Source: an uncultured Acidimicrobiales bacterium
Lineage (GTDB): Bacteria; Actinomycetota; Acidimicrobiia; Acidimicrobiales; Hopanoidiivorantaceae
Assembly: GCA_958295755.1 (NCBI GenBank)
Contig: OY282367.1
Coordinates: 932,022-996,021 of the forward strand
Reading direction: 5' to 3'
DNA: 64,000 nt
Positions within the stretch are counted from its first letter, which is position 1, and each line of letters opens with the position of its first letter. Below are positions 7,427 through 16,656 of this stretch, in pieces. Made by a program: the position numbers and the translations under genes. The notes under the pieces were generated by a model, which saw nothing but the letters and a program-made list of their open reading frames with translations, had not been told where the DNA came from and ran no database searches.

Positions 7427-8512
7427 GTGATACTTCGTAAATCTAGAGAATTGTCAGTTGCCAGTCTCAAGGGAGCCGGCTCTAAGCTGGCTCAGGGCGG
7501 ACATCAGGTGTTAGCCGGCACTGCTGATAGCCCAGTTGATACTGCTCGCAAGTCAAGAAGTATGAGTTCTGCGCCTCTATCTCTAAGTGGCGGACAGGAC
7601 ACCCCCCCCCCGACTGGATCAAGCCATAGATCAAGCCGCGAGTCAAGCAACAGCGAGAGAGGTATTACACTTCAGACGCTTATCGTAACAGCCGTGTTGG
7701 TGCTGGTGGCTGTTGGGGCAGCATTGGTGCTGGTTGCTATCAACCGCAGCTCTAGCGACGATTTTGAAGAAGCCGGCAATATTGGCATTGAAGGTAAGTG
7801 CCAGACTTGGGAAATCCACTTGGCGACGCTTGAAGCAGCAGGGCACGGCGGGCCAGAAGGCTACGGCGGGGTTTTCTCAAGCAACATAGGCTGCCTAGCA
7901 CCCTGCTACTGGGAACTAGGCAGCTGGAGTTCCACAAGTGCTAAATGGAGTTTTTATCCGGGTGCGTATTCTGTGAGGAATAGAGCGGGCAAGCATGTCT
8001 CTAAGTTGCATTACCACGATGACAACAGAGCACCAGCTATCAATCAAATACGATTAGGAGTAGTCAGCCTACGAGTATCAATAACAGACACAGAACCGTT
8101 TAATTATGGTGATACTGATCATCTCCCTGGAACTTCAGGTCCTGGAAGGGCAGGTCCTGATAAAGATGGAAAGTCGCATTATTTCCGCTTCAGATCTGGT
8201 TCTCCTACGCAGGGTGGAGCTAGGAGCTATTCTGGGAGACCTTTAACACAGAACATGATAGAAGCTGGGATAGACACTATTGCGGAACCTAACTGGATGT
8301 CCCGTGGGAATAACCCCGGCAGTGGTGTGCTCGCTACAAACTACCCCCAAACCAGCGGGGGAACCGATTGGGAAAGATATCTTTGGGAAGATGAATCATG
8401 GGAAGTACGAGCCGACCCGGGCCGAGAAGTCTGTGAAATAGTAAATGTCGCCCACGACGACCTTCTAGTCTGCTCTTCTGCTAAAGAAGAATGCGAACCA
8501 GCTGATACTTAG
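7427..8512 (+). CDS. Pilin-like secreted Cys-rich variable protein, family copy 4 (intact, C10 tract)
   Basis: 361 aa, with SERGITLQTLIV plus a hydrophobic helix, the conserved modules, and a distinct core. No coiled-coil partner lies downstream. Confidence 0.75.
   Translation: MILRKSRELSVASLKGAGSKLAQGGHQVLAGTADSPVDTARKSRSMSSAPLSLSGGQDTPPPTGSSHRSSRESSNSERGITLQTLIVTAVLVLVAVGAALVLVAINRSSSDDFEEAGNIGIEGKCQTWEIHLATLEAAGHGGPEGYGGVFSSNIGCLAPCYWELGSWSSTSAKWSFYPGAYSVRNRAGKHVSKLHYHDDNRAPAINQIRLGVVSLRVSITDTEPFNYGDTDHLPGTSGPGRAGPDKDGKSHYFRFRSGSPTQGGARSYSGRPLTQNMIEAGIDTIAEPNWMSRGNNPGSGVLATNYPQTSGGTDWERYLWEDESWEVRADPGREVCEIVNVAHDDLLVCSSAKEECEPADT
7602..7611 (+). repeat. Poly-C tract (C10) in the leader codons of copy 4
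   Basis: Counted by eye: ggaca-C10-gactggatcaagcc; encodes TPPP. Confidence 0.85.
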
Positions 8513-8702
8513 AAGTAAGCCATCAGATATCACAGCTTCGACTGCTACTCAACGGTGGGTTCGTATAGATGATCTTCCGCGTCAGAAGAACAGACCTGCA
8601 AATCACGATTTGACTATCTAGTAGGACTTGATATTTACTGATGGCATATCTATGAAAGCTTCTGCTAGCGTATAATGAAGGTAACCACAAAGGAGGAGTA
8701 CA

Positions 8703-8939
8703 ATGGGGAAGCCGTCACTGATTGAAAGAATGCCGACAAAAGATCCTGGCGAAATTTGGACAGCTTGGGACGGTAAAGACTACACGATACACGCCGATGG
8801 AACAACACTCATTGACGAAGGCGGGAACTATCTATCCCCCTTCGATCTTCAACCACTGCCTAACGATACTGTTGATTTCGTCGCGCCGCTAGCCTGCGCC
8901 ACGCCCGAAGATGTGGAACGGGCAATAGCGATGTCCTAG
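8703..8939 (+). CDS. Hypothetical 78-aa protein (antitoxin position upstream of the PIN remnant)
   Basis: TATAAT at about 8670 and a strong RBS (aaAGGAGGagtacaATG). No recognisable domain. Confidence 0.5.
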   Translation: MGKPSLIERMPTKDPGEIWTAWDGKDYTIHADGTTLIDEGGNYLSPFDLQPLPNDTVDFVAPLACATPEDVERAIAMS

Positions 8940-8941
8940 AA

Positions 8942-9151
8942 GTGGAAGTGGTACTTGTAGACACCTCTGCTGTTTCGGCTTTGCTTTCTGTACGTAGCAG
9001 AAAGCGCCCGTTACAGAATGCAGTATTGAGAGCAATAGCCGGCAGAAAAACTGCGGTTTCGCCTGTGATAGAGGCGGAATATAGTTCTCTTACCTATTGT
9101 AGTCTTGTAGGGGGCGGACAGTTAGGGGGTGTTCTTGCCATTCACGAATAG
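8942..9151 (+). pseudogene. Truncated VapC-like PIN-domain ORF
   Basis: It starts 2 nt after the upstream stop. The N-terminus VEVVLVDTSAVSALLS…SPVIEAEY looks like a PIN domain with its first Asp. It is only 69 aa, and the last ~20 codons are antisense to the carB 3' end. Confidence 0.4.
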
Positions 9152-12100
9152 CTTCTATGGCAGCTCTAGTTGCTGCGAGGGTGGTGAGAGTGGGGATGCC
9201 CCTGCGGGAAGTCAGTCGGCGAAGATCGGCAGTACTTTCATCTCGGCTGTCTGAAGAGGCTGCTATGACAGCTAGTGAAACTGCGCTGTTCTGCAGGAGA
9301 TCTGCTGGAGCAACTGCCTTGTCAGCTTGCGTGCCAGATGCCATATCAACTGCCTTGATTTCAAAGCCCAAATTCTCAAAGCCCGTAGCTATCTCTTCGG
9401 CTACTTCAGGCGTTTGACCGGGCAAGCACAAAATCACACTGCCTTCTAGGGGCAAGTGCGAGCCTGCAGCCATCTGGCTTTTCATAAAAGCTCTGCCAAA
9501 GCTCACGTCTATCCCCATCACTTCACCTGTAGAGCGCATCTCGGGGCCGAGCAAAGTATCAGTTTCGGGGAAGCGATTGAAAGGCAACACAGCTTCCTTT
9601 ACGGCAACATGGCCTGGAATATGATTTGGAATATGATCCGCAACACCCTCAGGCCAAAAAGTTTTTGACACCAACATTGCCTCGTCTCGAAGCTCCGTAA
9701 GGCTAGCACCGAGCATCACTCTGGCTGCTATTTTTGCCAGCGGCACACCAGTAGCTTTAGCCACAAATGGCACTGTTCTGGAAGCTCTAGGGTTTGCCTC
9801 TATCACATATACTTGATTCTCACTAACCACATATTGCACATTCAGAGGGCCGCGCACATCCAAAGCGGCTGCGATTCTAGCTGTGTAGTCCGACATAGTT
9901 TTCAAGCTCTCCTCGCTAAGAGACATCGGCGGAAGCACACAGGCACTGTCGCCAGAATGCACGCCAGCTGCTTCAACATGTTCCATGATCCCCCCGATAA
10001 GCACCTCGCCGTCTTTATCACGAACAGCATCCACATCAACCTCAACGGCATTTTCCATAAAGCGATCCAACAGCACAGGCCGCTCAGCCGACAACCCCCC
10101 TTCCTTGCCCAGAGATCGCTCTATCTCATCCATAGCCTCATCTAAGGTTTCTTGATCGTATGCCAGCACCATAGCCCTACCGCCCAACACATACGACGGG
10201 CGCACCAATAATGGAAAGCCGATTTCTTCTGCCACTTCAAAAGCTTCGGTTTTAGTGCTGGCTGTTCCGCCGGGCGGCAACAAGATGTCTTCGCGTTGGC
10301 ACAATTCAGCCCACCGCTGTCTGTCTTCTGCGATGTCTATAGCGTCGGGGCTGGTGCCCGCGATGAGTTCTTGAGGCAAATCGTGGGCCAGCTTCAGCGG
10401 AGTCTGCCCGCCGAGACCGATAATCACAGCTTCTACTCCGGGTGTGCCAGTGGCTTGTGCTACCCGCTCTTCGGCTGCTATAACAGCGAGCACATCTTCA
10501 GCTGTGAGGGGCTCGAAAAAGAGCCTGTCGCTGGTGTCGTAATCGGTAGAGACAGTTTCCGGATTGCAATTGAACATAACGGTGGCATAGCCAGCTTCTC
10601 GCAGAGCCATGCTGGCATGGACGCAGCAATAGTCAAACTCAATGCCTTGCCCGATGCGGTTCGGCCCAGCCCCCAAAATAATCACCTTGGGAAGCTCAGA
10701 AGGTAGAACTTCATCGGTATCTTCACAGGCGGAATAGTGATAAGGAGTGATAGCTTCAAACTCAGCCCCGCAAGTATCTACCGTTTTATAGACAACCTCT
10801 ACGCCGCTGCCTTTGCGAGTGGTAGACACATCTTCGGCTGAGACACCCAAGAGCCAGCCGAGCTGGGTATCGGAAAAGCCGAGTTGTTTGGCACGTCGCC
10901 AGTCAGCTGGGGTGAGTTGAGAGATGTCTGTGACCGAAGCAAGCCTCTGTCTCTCTTCCACGATGGCTAGCATTTGGTCGATAAACCACGGGTCAATTTG
11001 GGTTGCCTCATGGACTTCTCCCACGCTTGCTCCTTGGCGTAAAGCAGTTTCCATCTGAAAGATACGATCTGGAGTGGGCTCAGACATTGCCTCAAGTAGC
11101 TCAGCTATTGACATTGCCTCCCAAGCAGTTTCCCCCACATCGCAGTTGAGACCGAACCTGCCTTGTTCAAGCGAGCGAACTGCCTTTTGCAGAGATTCTG
11201 GGAATGTCCTGCCGAGTGCCATCACCTCCCCCACCGATTGCATGGCAGCCCCTAGCACTGGCGGTGTAGATGGAAACTTCTCAAATGACCAGCGAGGGAT
11301 TTTGGTCACCACATAATCAATAGTGGGTTCAAAACAAGCTGGAGTTGCTTGGGTGATGTCGTTTGGTATTTCGTCTAATGTGTATCCCACAGCTAAGCGA
11401 GCGGCGATCTTAGCTATCGGAAAGCCAGTAGCTTTAGATGCCAAAGCAGACGATCGGCTCACTCTGGGATTCATCTCAATCACCACCTGCCGCCCGTCTT
11501 GCGGGTTCACAGCGAACTGCACATTTGACCCGCCCGTTTCTACGCCAACTCTTCGCATGCATGCGAATGCAGCGTCTCGCATAGCTTGATATTCAATATC
11601 TGAAAGCGTCTGAACTGGAGCAACGGTGATGCTGTCGCCGGTGTGGACGCCCATCGGGTCAAAGTTTTCAATGGAACACACCACAACACAGTTGTCGGCT
11701 TTGTCGCGCATCACTTCAAGCTCAAACTCTTTCCAGCCGGCTATGGACTCTTCTATGAGCACTTCGTTTATTGGGCTGGCGGCGAGACCTTCGGCTAGGG
11801 CGGCATCAAACTCATGCTGGCTTTCAGCGATGGTCGCACCTTTGCCACCCAGAATGAAGGCAGGGCGGATAATCACAGGCAACCCGAGCTCAGCCACCAC
11901 AGCAAGCCCCTCTTCCATACTGCGAGCTATCCCAGAAGTCGGCACAGAAAGCCCGATGCCGATCATGGCTTCTTTGAACTGCTCTCTGTCTTCGGCTGTG
12001 GCGATGGCTTCCATGCTGGCACCGATCAGCTCTACGCTGTAAGTCTCAAGAGTGCCAGAATCCGACAAGGCTTTAGCCAAGTTGAGTGCTGTTTGCCCGC

Positions 12101-12371
12101 CGATGGTAGGAAGTAGCACATCGGGGCGTTCTTTGGCGATGATGGCTTCAATGACTTCTGGCACAAGCGGTTCAACATAGGTAGCGTCGGCAAAATCAGG
12201 GTCTGTCATTATGGTGGCCGGGTTGGAGTTAGCGAGGATTACTCGGTAGCCTTCTTCTCGCAACACGCGGCAGGCTTGAACCCCCGAATAGTCGAACTCA
12301 CAGGCTTGGCCTATCACAATAGGGCCAGAACCGATTATGAGAATTGAAGAAATGTCGGTGCGCGCTGGCAT
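9090..12371 (-). CDS. carB: Carbamoyl-phosphate synthase large subunit
   Basis: 1093 aa. N-terminus [25 protein letters not shown], duplicated ATP-grasp halves, and a C-terminal MGS-like domain. Confidence 0.97.
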   Translation of the reverse strand: MPARTDISSILIIGSGPIVIGQACEFDYSGVQACRVLREEGYRVILANSNPATIMTDPDFADATYVEPLVPEVIEAIIAKERPDVLLPTIGGQTALNLAKALSDSGTLETYSVELIGASMEAIATAEDREQFKEAMIGIGLSVPTSGIARSMEEGLAVVAELGLPVIIRPAFILGGKGATIAESQHEFDAALAEGLAASPINEVLIEESIAGWKEFELEVMRDKADNCVVVCSIENFDPMGVHTGDSITVAPVQTLSDIEYQAMRDAAFACMRRVGVETGGSNVQFAVNPQDGRQVVIEMNPRVSRSSALASKATGFPIAKIAARLAVGYTLDEIPNDITQATPACFEPTIDYVVTKIPRWSFEKFPSTPPVLGAAMQSVGEVMALGRTFPESLQKAVRSLEQGRFGLNCDVGETAWEAMSIAELLEAMSEPTPDRIFQMETALRQGASVGEVHEATQIDPWFIDQMLAIVEERQRLASVTDISQLTPADWRRAKQLGFSDTQLGWLLGVSAEDVSTTRKGSGVEVVYKTVDTCGAEFEAITPYHYSACEDTDEVLPSELPKVIILGAGPNRIGQGIEFDYCCVHASMALREAGYATVMFNCNPETVSTDYDTSDRLFFEPLTAEDVLAVIAAEERVAQATGTPGVEAVIIGLGGQTPLKLAHDLPQELIAGTSPDAIDIAEDRQRWAELCQREDILLPPGGTASTKTEAFEVAEEIGFPLLVRPSYVLGGRAMVLAYDQETLDEAMDEIERSLGKEGGLSAERPVLLDRFMENAVEVDVDAVRDKDGEVLIGGIMEHVEAAGVHSGDSACVLPPMSLSEESLKTMSDYTARIAAALDVRGPLNVQYVVSENQVYVIEANPRASRTVPFVAKATGVPLAKIAARVMLGASLTELRDEAMLVSKTFWPEGVADHIPNHIPGHVAVKEAVLPFNRFPETDTLLGPEMRSTGEVMGIDVSFGRAFMKSQMAAGSHLPLEGSVILCLPGQTPEVAEEIATGFENLGFEIKAVDMASGTQADKAVAPADLLQNSAVSLAVIAASSDSRDESTADLRRLTSRRGIPTLTTLAATRAAIEAIREWQEHPLTVRPLQDYNR

Positions 12372-12377
12372 TGCTAT

Positions 12378-14180
12378 CTAGTGAAAGCTCTCTAGTAATT
12401 CGGCGAACTCACCGAAAAGATAGCGGCTATCGTGGGGGCCGGGGCCGGCTTCGGGGTGGTATTGCACACCAAAAGCTGGGGCGTCGGTTGCTCGCAGACC
12501 TTCTACGGTGCCGTCGTTGAGGTTGAGGTGAGTGATTTTGAAAGATGGCGAGGTGAGGCTCGGAGAGGCGACCGAGAAGTTGTGATTTTGGGCAGTGATT
12601 TCAATCTCACCTGTGGCGCAGTTTTGAACGGGGTGGTTGCCGCCGTGATGTCCGAAAGGCAGTTTTATGATTTCTGCCCCTAGAGCTTGCGCCAAGATTT
12701 GATGCCCCAAGCAGATGCCAAATATTGGGACTGCACCTAGCAGTTCTTCTACTGTGGCTGAAGCGTAAAGTGCTGTTGCTGGGTCACCGGGGCCGTTGGA
12801 GAGAAAAACCCCTTGAGGTTCTCTAGCTAAAATGTCGGCAGCTGTTGTGGAAGCTGGCACTACTTCAACTTCGGCTATAGCGGTGAGCTGGCGTAAAATC
12901 GTGTGCTTGATGCCGAGATCTAAGGCGACTACTTTCCATCTTGGGTCAGCAGATGCTGATGTAAGGTTGGTGCTTTTATTGGTGAAGCTGGGTTTTTTAT
13001 CGGCTAAGCCTAGCTTTTCATCTGCGAACCAAGGCTCTTGGCTCGTTACTTCTGCCACTAGATCTACCCCTGATGTGCCAGGTTCTTGCTGGGCTACTTT
13101 TAGCAACATATCCATTGCGTCTGTGCTGTCAGACGGGCCGAAAGCACCTACCATCGCACCTTCTTCGCGGATGTGGCGCGTCAGGCGGCGGGTGTCTACT
13201 CTACTCAGAACAGCAATACCAGCTGCTTGCAAGCTGGCTTCCAAGCTATGTTCTGAACGCCAGCTGCTAGGGATTCGTGCTAGGTCGCGCACTATCACAC
13301 CACGGCAGGCTGGCGACCAACTTTCGCTGTCTTGAGCAGATGTGCCGTAGTTGCCGATGTGCGGATATGTAAAGGCGATGATTTGGCCAGCATAGGAAGG
13401 GTCAGTAATGATCTCTTGATAGCCGGTAAGTGCAGTATTGAACACGACTTCGCCGGCAACGAAGCTTCTGCCCCTAGCCGCAGCAGCGACACTTCTAGCA
13501 CTTGTCTCATCATCTCTTGAGAGTTCGGCTGATCTTGAGAGTTCCGCTGGAAGTTCCGCTCCGCGCAGCTCGCCGTGAAAGACTTCACCGTCGCGCAAAA
13601 CCAGCATTCCGGGGCGTATCGCTCCTCTTTGCCCACTCACTTTTACTGCCTGTGACGCAGTGTTTTCTGCGACCTGGTCTTCTGCCACTTGGTTTTCTGC
13701 TACCTGGTTTTCTGCTACTTGCGGCGCATCACTGGCAACACTTGAAGCAGTCAATATGCCAGAGAGCACACCATTTACAAAGCGAGAAGAATCTTCTGTT
13801 GAATACTCTTTGGCGAGTTCCACAGCTTCGTCAATAGCCACCGCCACAGGTATATCCTCGCAAAAACACATCTCATATACCGCCAGCCGCAAAACAGCCA
13901 AATCAACTTGCGCCAGCCTTTCAGTTCGCCATTGGTCACTATGAGCACCGATGAGGGCGTCTATCTCACTGTGATGCTTAACTACACCTTCAAGCTGTGC
14001 CACCACGAAATCCGTGGGTGGAACATCTTGCCCCTCCAACACTTCAAGGGGAGACACTTGCTTTATGTCGGCTTCATATAAAAGAGCGATGGTGCGTTCT
14101 CTGCCACGATGGCGAGTTTTGCTGGGGAGTAAGCCGTCGCTCACTTCTGTGCCCCAAATCTTTCCACGCTTGCGCCCCAA
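12378..14180 (-). CDS. carA: Single ORF encoding NusB (N-terminal ~145 aa) fused in frame to carbamoyl-phosphate synthase small subunit CarA (C-terminal ~410 aa)
   Basis: NusB motifs: [28 protein letters not shown]. Then comes the linker [20 protein letters not shown], followed by CarA motifs: [36 protein letters not shown], and the GATase [10 protein letters not shown]. There is no in-frame stop between the parts. An internal ATG at 13607 could start a separate CarA. Confidence 0.85.
   Translation of the reverse strand: MGRKRGKIWGTEVSDGLLPSKTRHRGRERTIALLYEADIKQVSPLEVLEGQDVPPTDFVVAQLEGVVKHHSEIDALIGAHSDQWRTERLAQVDLAVLRLAVYEMCFCEDIPVAVAIDEAVELAKEYSTEDSSRFVNGVLSGILTASSVASDAPQVAENQVAENQVAEDQVAENTASQAVKVSGQRGAIRPGMLVLRDGEVFHGELRGAELPAELSRSAELSRDDETSARSVAAAARGRSFVAGEVVFNTALTGYQEIITDPSYAGQIIAFTYPHIGNYGTSAQDSESWSPACRGVIVRDLARIPSSWRSEHSLEASLQAAGIAVLSRVDTRRLTRHIREEGAMVGAFGPSDSTDAMDMLLKVAQQEPGTSGVDLVAEVTSQEPWFADEKLGLADKKPSFTNKSTNLTSASADPRWKVVALDLGIKHTILRQLTAIAEVEVVPASTTAADILAREPQGVFLSNGPGDPATALYASATVEELLGAVPIFGICLGHQILAQALGAEIIKLPFGHHGGNHPVQNCATGEIEITAQNHNFSVASPSLTSPSFKITHLNLNDGTVEGLRATDAPAFGVQYHPEAGPGPHDSRYLFGEFAELLESFH
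13665..13724 (-). repeat. 15-bp tandem repeat, 4 units, encoding the (QVAEN)n linker
   Basis: Plus-strand units: ttctgcgacctggtc, ttctgccacttggtt, ttctgctacctggtt, ttctgctacttgcgg. Confidence 0.8.
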
Positions 14181-14247
14181 ATCTTCTCACGCTTACGCTC
14201 GCTTTTGCTGCAAATAGACATTTTGCGATCTGCAGCTAGATGCGCGC

Positions 14248-14811
14248 TCAAGCTCGGCTCAAATACGAGCCGTTACGAGTATCAACTTTGATGCGTTCTC
14301 CAGTTTCAATGAAGAGCGGCACCTGCACCACAAGACCTGTTTCCAAAGTGGCAGGCTTGGTTGCGCCCGAGACTCTATCGCCTTGAATTCCCGGCTCTGT
14401 GTGGGTTACTTCCATCTCAACTGAGGTTGGAAGCTGCATCTCCACCGTCTCTTGTTTGTGCATCATCAGTAAAACACCATCGCCTTCTCGCAGATAGTTA
14501 GCGGCATCTCCGACAGCTACTTCGCTCACATGTTGCTGCTCGTAGCTTTCAGTATCCATGAACACAAAATCGCTACCATCACGATAAAGAAACTGCATCC
14601 CTCGTTTATCTATCATGGCTCGCTCTACCTTCTCACCTGCTCGGAAGGTGCGATCTAAAACCGCTCCTGAGCGGGCGTTCTTCAGGGTAGTGCGCACAAA
14701 AGCGTGACCTTTACCCGGTTTCACATGCTGGAATTCCACGACCTGCAACAAGTCGCCGTCTATCTCTAAGGTCATTCCGTTTTTGAGGTCGTTTGTGGTT
14801 ATTGCTGGCAT
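14248..14811 (-). CDS. efp: Elongation factor P
   Basis: [15 protein letters not shown] motif. The start was moved to ATG 14811 ([12 protein letters not shown]), which is preceded by AGGAAAG. Confidence 0.95.
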   Translation of the reverse strand: MPAITTNDLKNGMTLEIDGDLLQVVEFQHVKPGKGHAFVRTTLKNARSGAVLDRTFRAGEKVERAMIDKRGMQFLYRDGSDFVFMDTESYEQQHVSEVAVGDAANYLREGDGVLLMMHKQETVEMQLPTSVEMEVTHTEPGIQGDRVSGATKPATLETGLVVQVPLFIETGERIKVDTRNGSYLSRA

Positions 14812-14891
14812 TGACTTTCCTGTCTTGTGGGTAAAAGGCAAACACTTGTGGGAAGTAGCAAGTAGGAGCTAGATAACAATCATTTTAGAGG

Positions 14892-16061
14892 TCAGATAAC
14901 AAGCACTTTAGGGGTTTTTGTGAGCGGTCGGCAGCCTGTACTGGTAACTGAGACGGTATCTTCAATTCGCACCCCGCCGTGTTCGCCGAGATAGATGCCC
15001 GGCTCCACGGTAATGACTTCACCAACTTGTAGGATTTCCTCGGTATTTGCGCTCACAGCTGGTATTTCGTGGATGTCTAAGCCCACACCATGCCCTGTGC
15101 TGTGCATGAAGGCTTCGCCCCAGCCTGCGCTGTTGATGATATCGCGACAGATTTTGTCTATCTCTCCTGTGGTGGCTCCTGCTTTTACGGCATCTACTCC
15201 GGCTTGTTGTGATTCCTGCACCACCTGCCACATCTGCTGAGCTACCTCCGATGGTTTGCCGACAGAGACCGTACGCGTCATATCAGAGCGGTAGCCGTCT
15301 ACCACTGCACCTGAGTCAATCACTGTTAGCTCGCCGGGCTGGATTGTGCGAGGGCCAGGCTGAGCGTGCGGGCGAGCACCGTTACTGCCTGCGGCAACGA
15401 TAGTTGGAAAAGCCGAGTCTGAAGCCCCGAGACGGCGAAATTCTCTGTCTAGGTCGGCGGCAAAATCTTGCTCGGTCATGCTGGTGCTCGTGTCGGCCAA
15501 TTTGGGTAGCATTGCGGCAAGGGCTGCGTCGGCGATTGCGGCGGCAGCTTCAATGCGAGCTATCTCACCGTGGTCTTTGCTGCGGCGTAGCTTTTCTATC
15601 ACTCCTTTTATGGGCACCAAATCGTTGAATTCTTGGCTAAGGGTTTGTTGGCGTTCCCAAGAGATATGTTCGGCTTCTAGCCCGACTTTGGGGTTTTGTT
15701 TCACCGATGCCTTAGACCTGTTTCCGAGTACTGCCTCTTTGAGCAGTTCATTTTGCTGGCCGCCTCTTTGGGAAATTCGTACTTCTGCGGCAGTGGTAGC
15801 GGTTTCTTCAGGGGCTTGGACGGCGTAGCGACCATCGGTGATTAGCACGCAGGTGTTCTCTGACACCACGAGTATTCCAGCTGAGCCTGAAAAGCCGCTC
15901 AGCCAGCGGATGTTTGTGAGGTTGGTGACGATGAAGGTGTCGCATTGGTTTGCAGTTGGGGCGTCACCGCCGAATAAGGCTTCACGTAGCTTCGGTAGCC
16001 GACTTGGCACATCCATAGGGGGCAAGTTGGCGAGGCGTTCGGCAAGATTGTTGTTGGACAT
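14892..16061 (-). CDS. pepP: Xaa-Pro aminopeptidase / M24 family peptidase
   Basis: 389 aa with HSTGHGVGLDIHE and the C-terminal GGVRIED metal-ligand pattern. Sits in the conserved actinobacterial position between aroQ and efp. Confidence 0.85.
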   Translation of the reverse strand: MSNNNLAERLANLPPMDVPSRLPKLREALFGGDAPTANQCDTFIVTNLTNIRWLSGFSGSAGILVVSENTCVLITDGRYAVQAPEETATTAAEVRISQRGGQQNELLKEAVLGNRSKASVKQNPKVGLEAEHISWERQQTLSQEFNDLVPIKGVIEKLRRSKDHGEIARIEAAAAIADAALAAMLPKLADTSTSMTEQDFAADLDREFRRLGASDSAFPTIVAAGSNGARPHAQPGPRTIQPGELTVIDSGAVVDGYRSDMTRTVSVGKPSEVAQQMWQVVQESQQAGVDAVKAGATTGEIDKICRDIINSAGWGEAFMHSTGHGVGLDIHEIPAVSANTEEILQVGEVITVEPGIYLGEHGGVRIEDTVSVTSTGCRPLTKTPKVLVI

Positions 16062-16122
16062 CTCTAGTTACTTTCTAGCTCTGCTGAGGTTTTTGTAGTT
16101 TTGCTTAGTTTATTGTTGGGAG

Positions 16123-16578
16123 TTAGTTATGCCCAGCTTCTAGCAACTCTGCTACGGCGTCAATAGCCATCTCATAGCCCTTGCCGCCATAACCGGCAAT
16201 GCAGACATCGGCTACTGGTTCTATCACCGAGAATTGTCGCCATTCTTCGCGCTGCTTCAGGTCTGATATATGTAGCTCCACGACAGGGCCGTCAAAAGTT
16301 GCCAGAGCGTCATGGATGCTCCAAGCGTAGTGTGTCAAGGCGGCGGCATTTATGACTATGGCGTCGTGAGTGTTGCGAGCATTTTGAATGGCTGTGACCA
16401 AGTCGCCCTCGCTGTTTGACTGCAGGTGATCTAAGCTCATGGCGTGCGATTCGGCTTGGCGCGTTGCTCTGGCGATGTGGTCGTCCAAAGTATCTGTGCC
16501 GTAGATTTCAGGCTCACGCTCGCCCAACAAGTTTAAGTTAGGCCCCGATAAGACCAACACACGCATCATTGTCTTCAA
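16123..16578 (-). CDS. aroQ: Type II 3-dehydroquinate dehydratase
   Basis: VLSGPNLNLLGEREPEIYG; about 150 aa. Confidence 0.93.
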   Translation of the reverse strand: MKTMMRVLVLSGPNLNLLGEREPEIYGTDTLDDHIARATRQAESHAMSLDHLQSNSEGDLVTAIQNARNTHDAIVINAAALTHYAWSIHDALATFDGPVVELHISDLKQREEWRQFSVIEPVADVCIAGYGGKGYEMAIDAVAELLEAGHN

Positions 16579-16656
16579 TTCTATGACTGACTTTACAAAT
16601 CAGCATCGCCTGTCTTCTTCATCAACGACCTCTGTACATTCTGAGGTAGTCGCGAG

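Noticed and set aside
9157-12116. Many plus-strand ORFs of 70-140 aa inside carB, with similar sets inside carA, alaS, aroB, the trp genes, the antiporter and others
   Set aside because: They lie antisense to, or out of frame with, long ORFs that carry unambiguous family motifs. Their translations are low-complexity (Ser/Ala/Arg/Pro-rich), as is typical of shadow ORFs in moderately GC-rich DNA.
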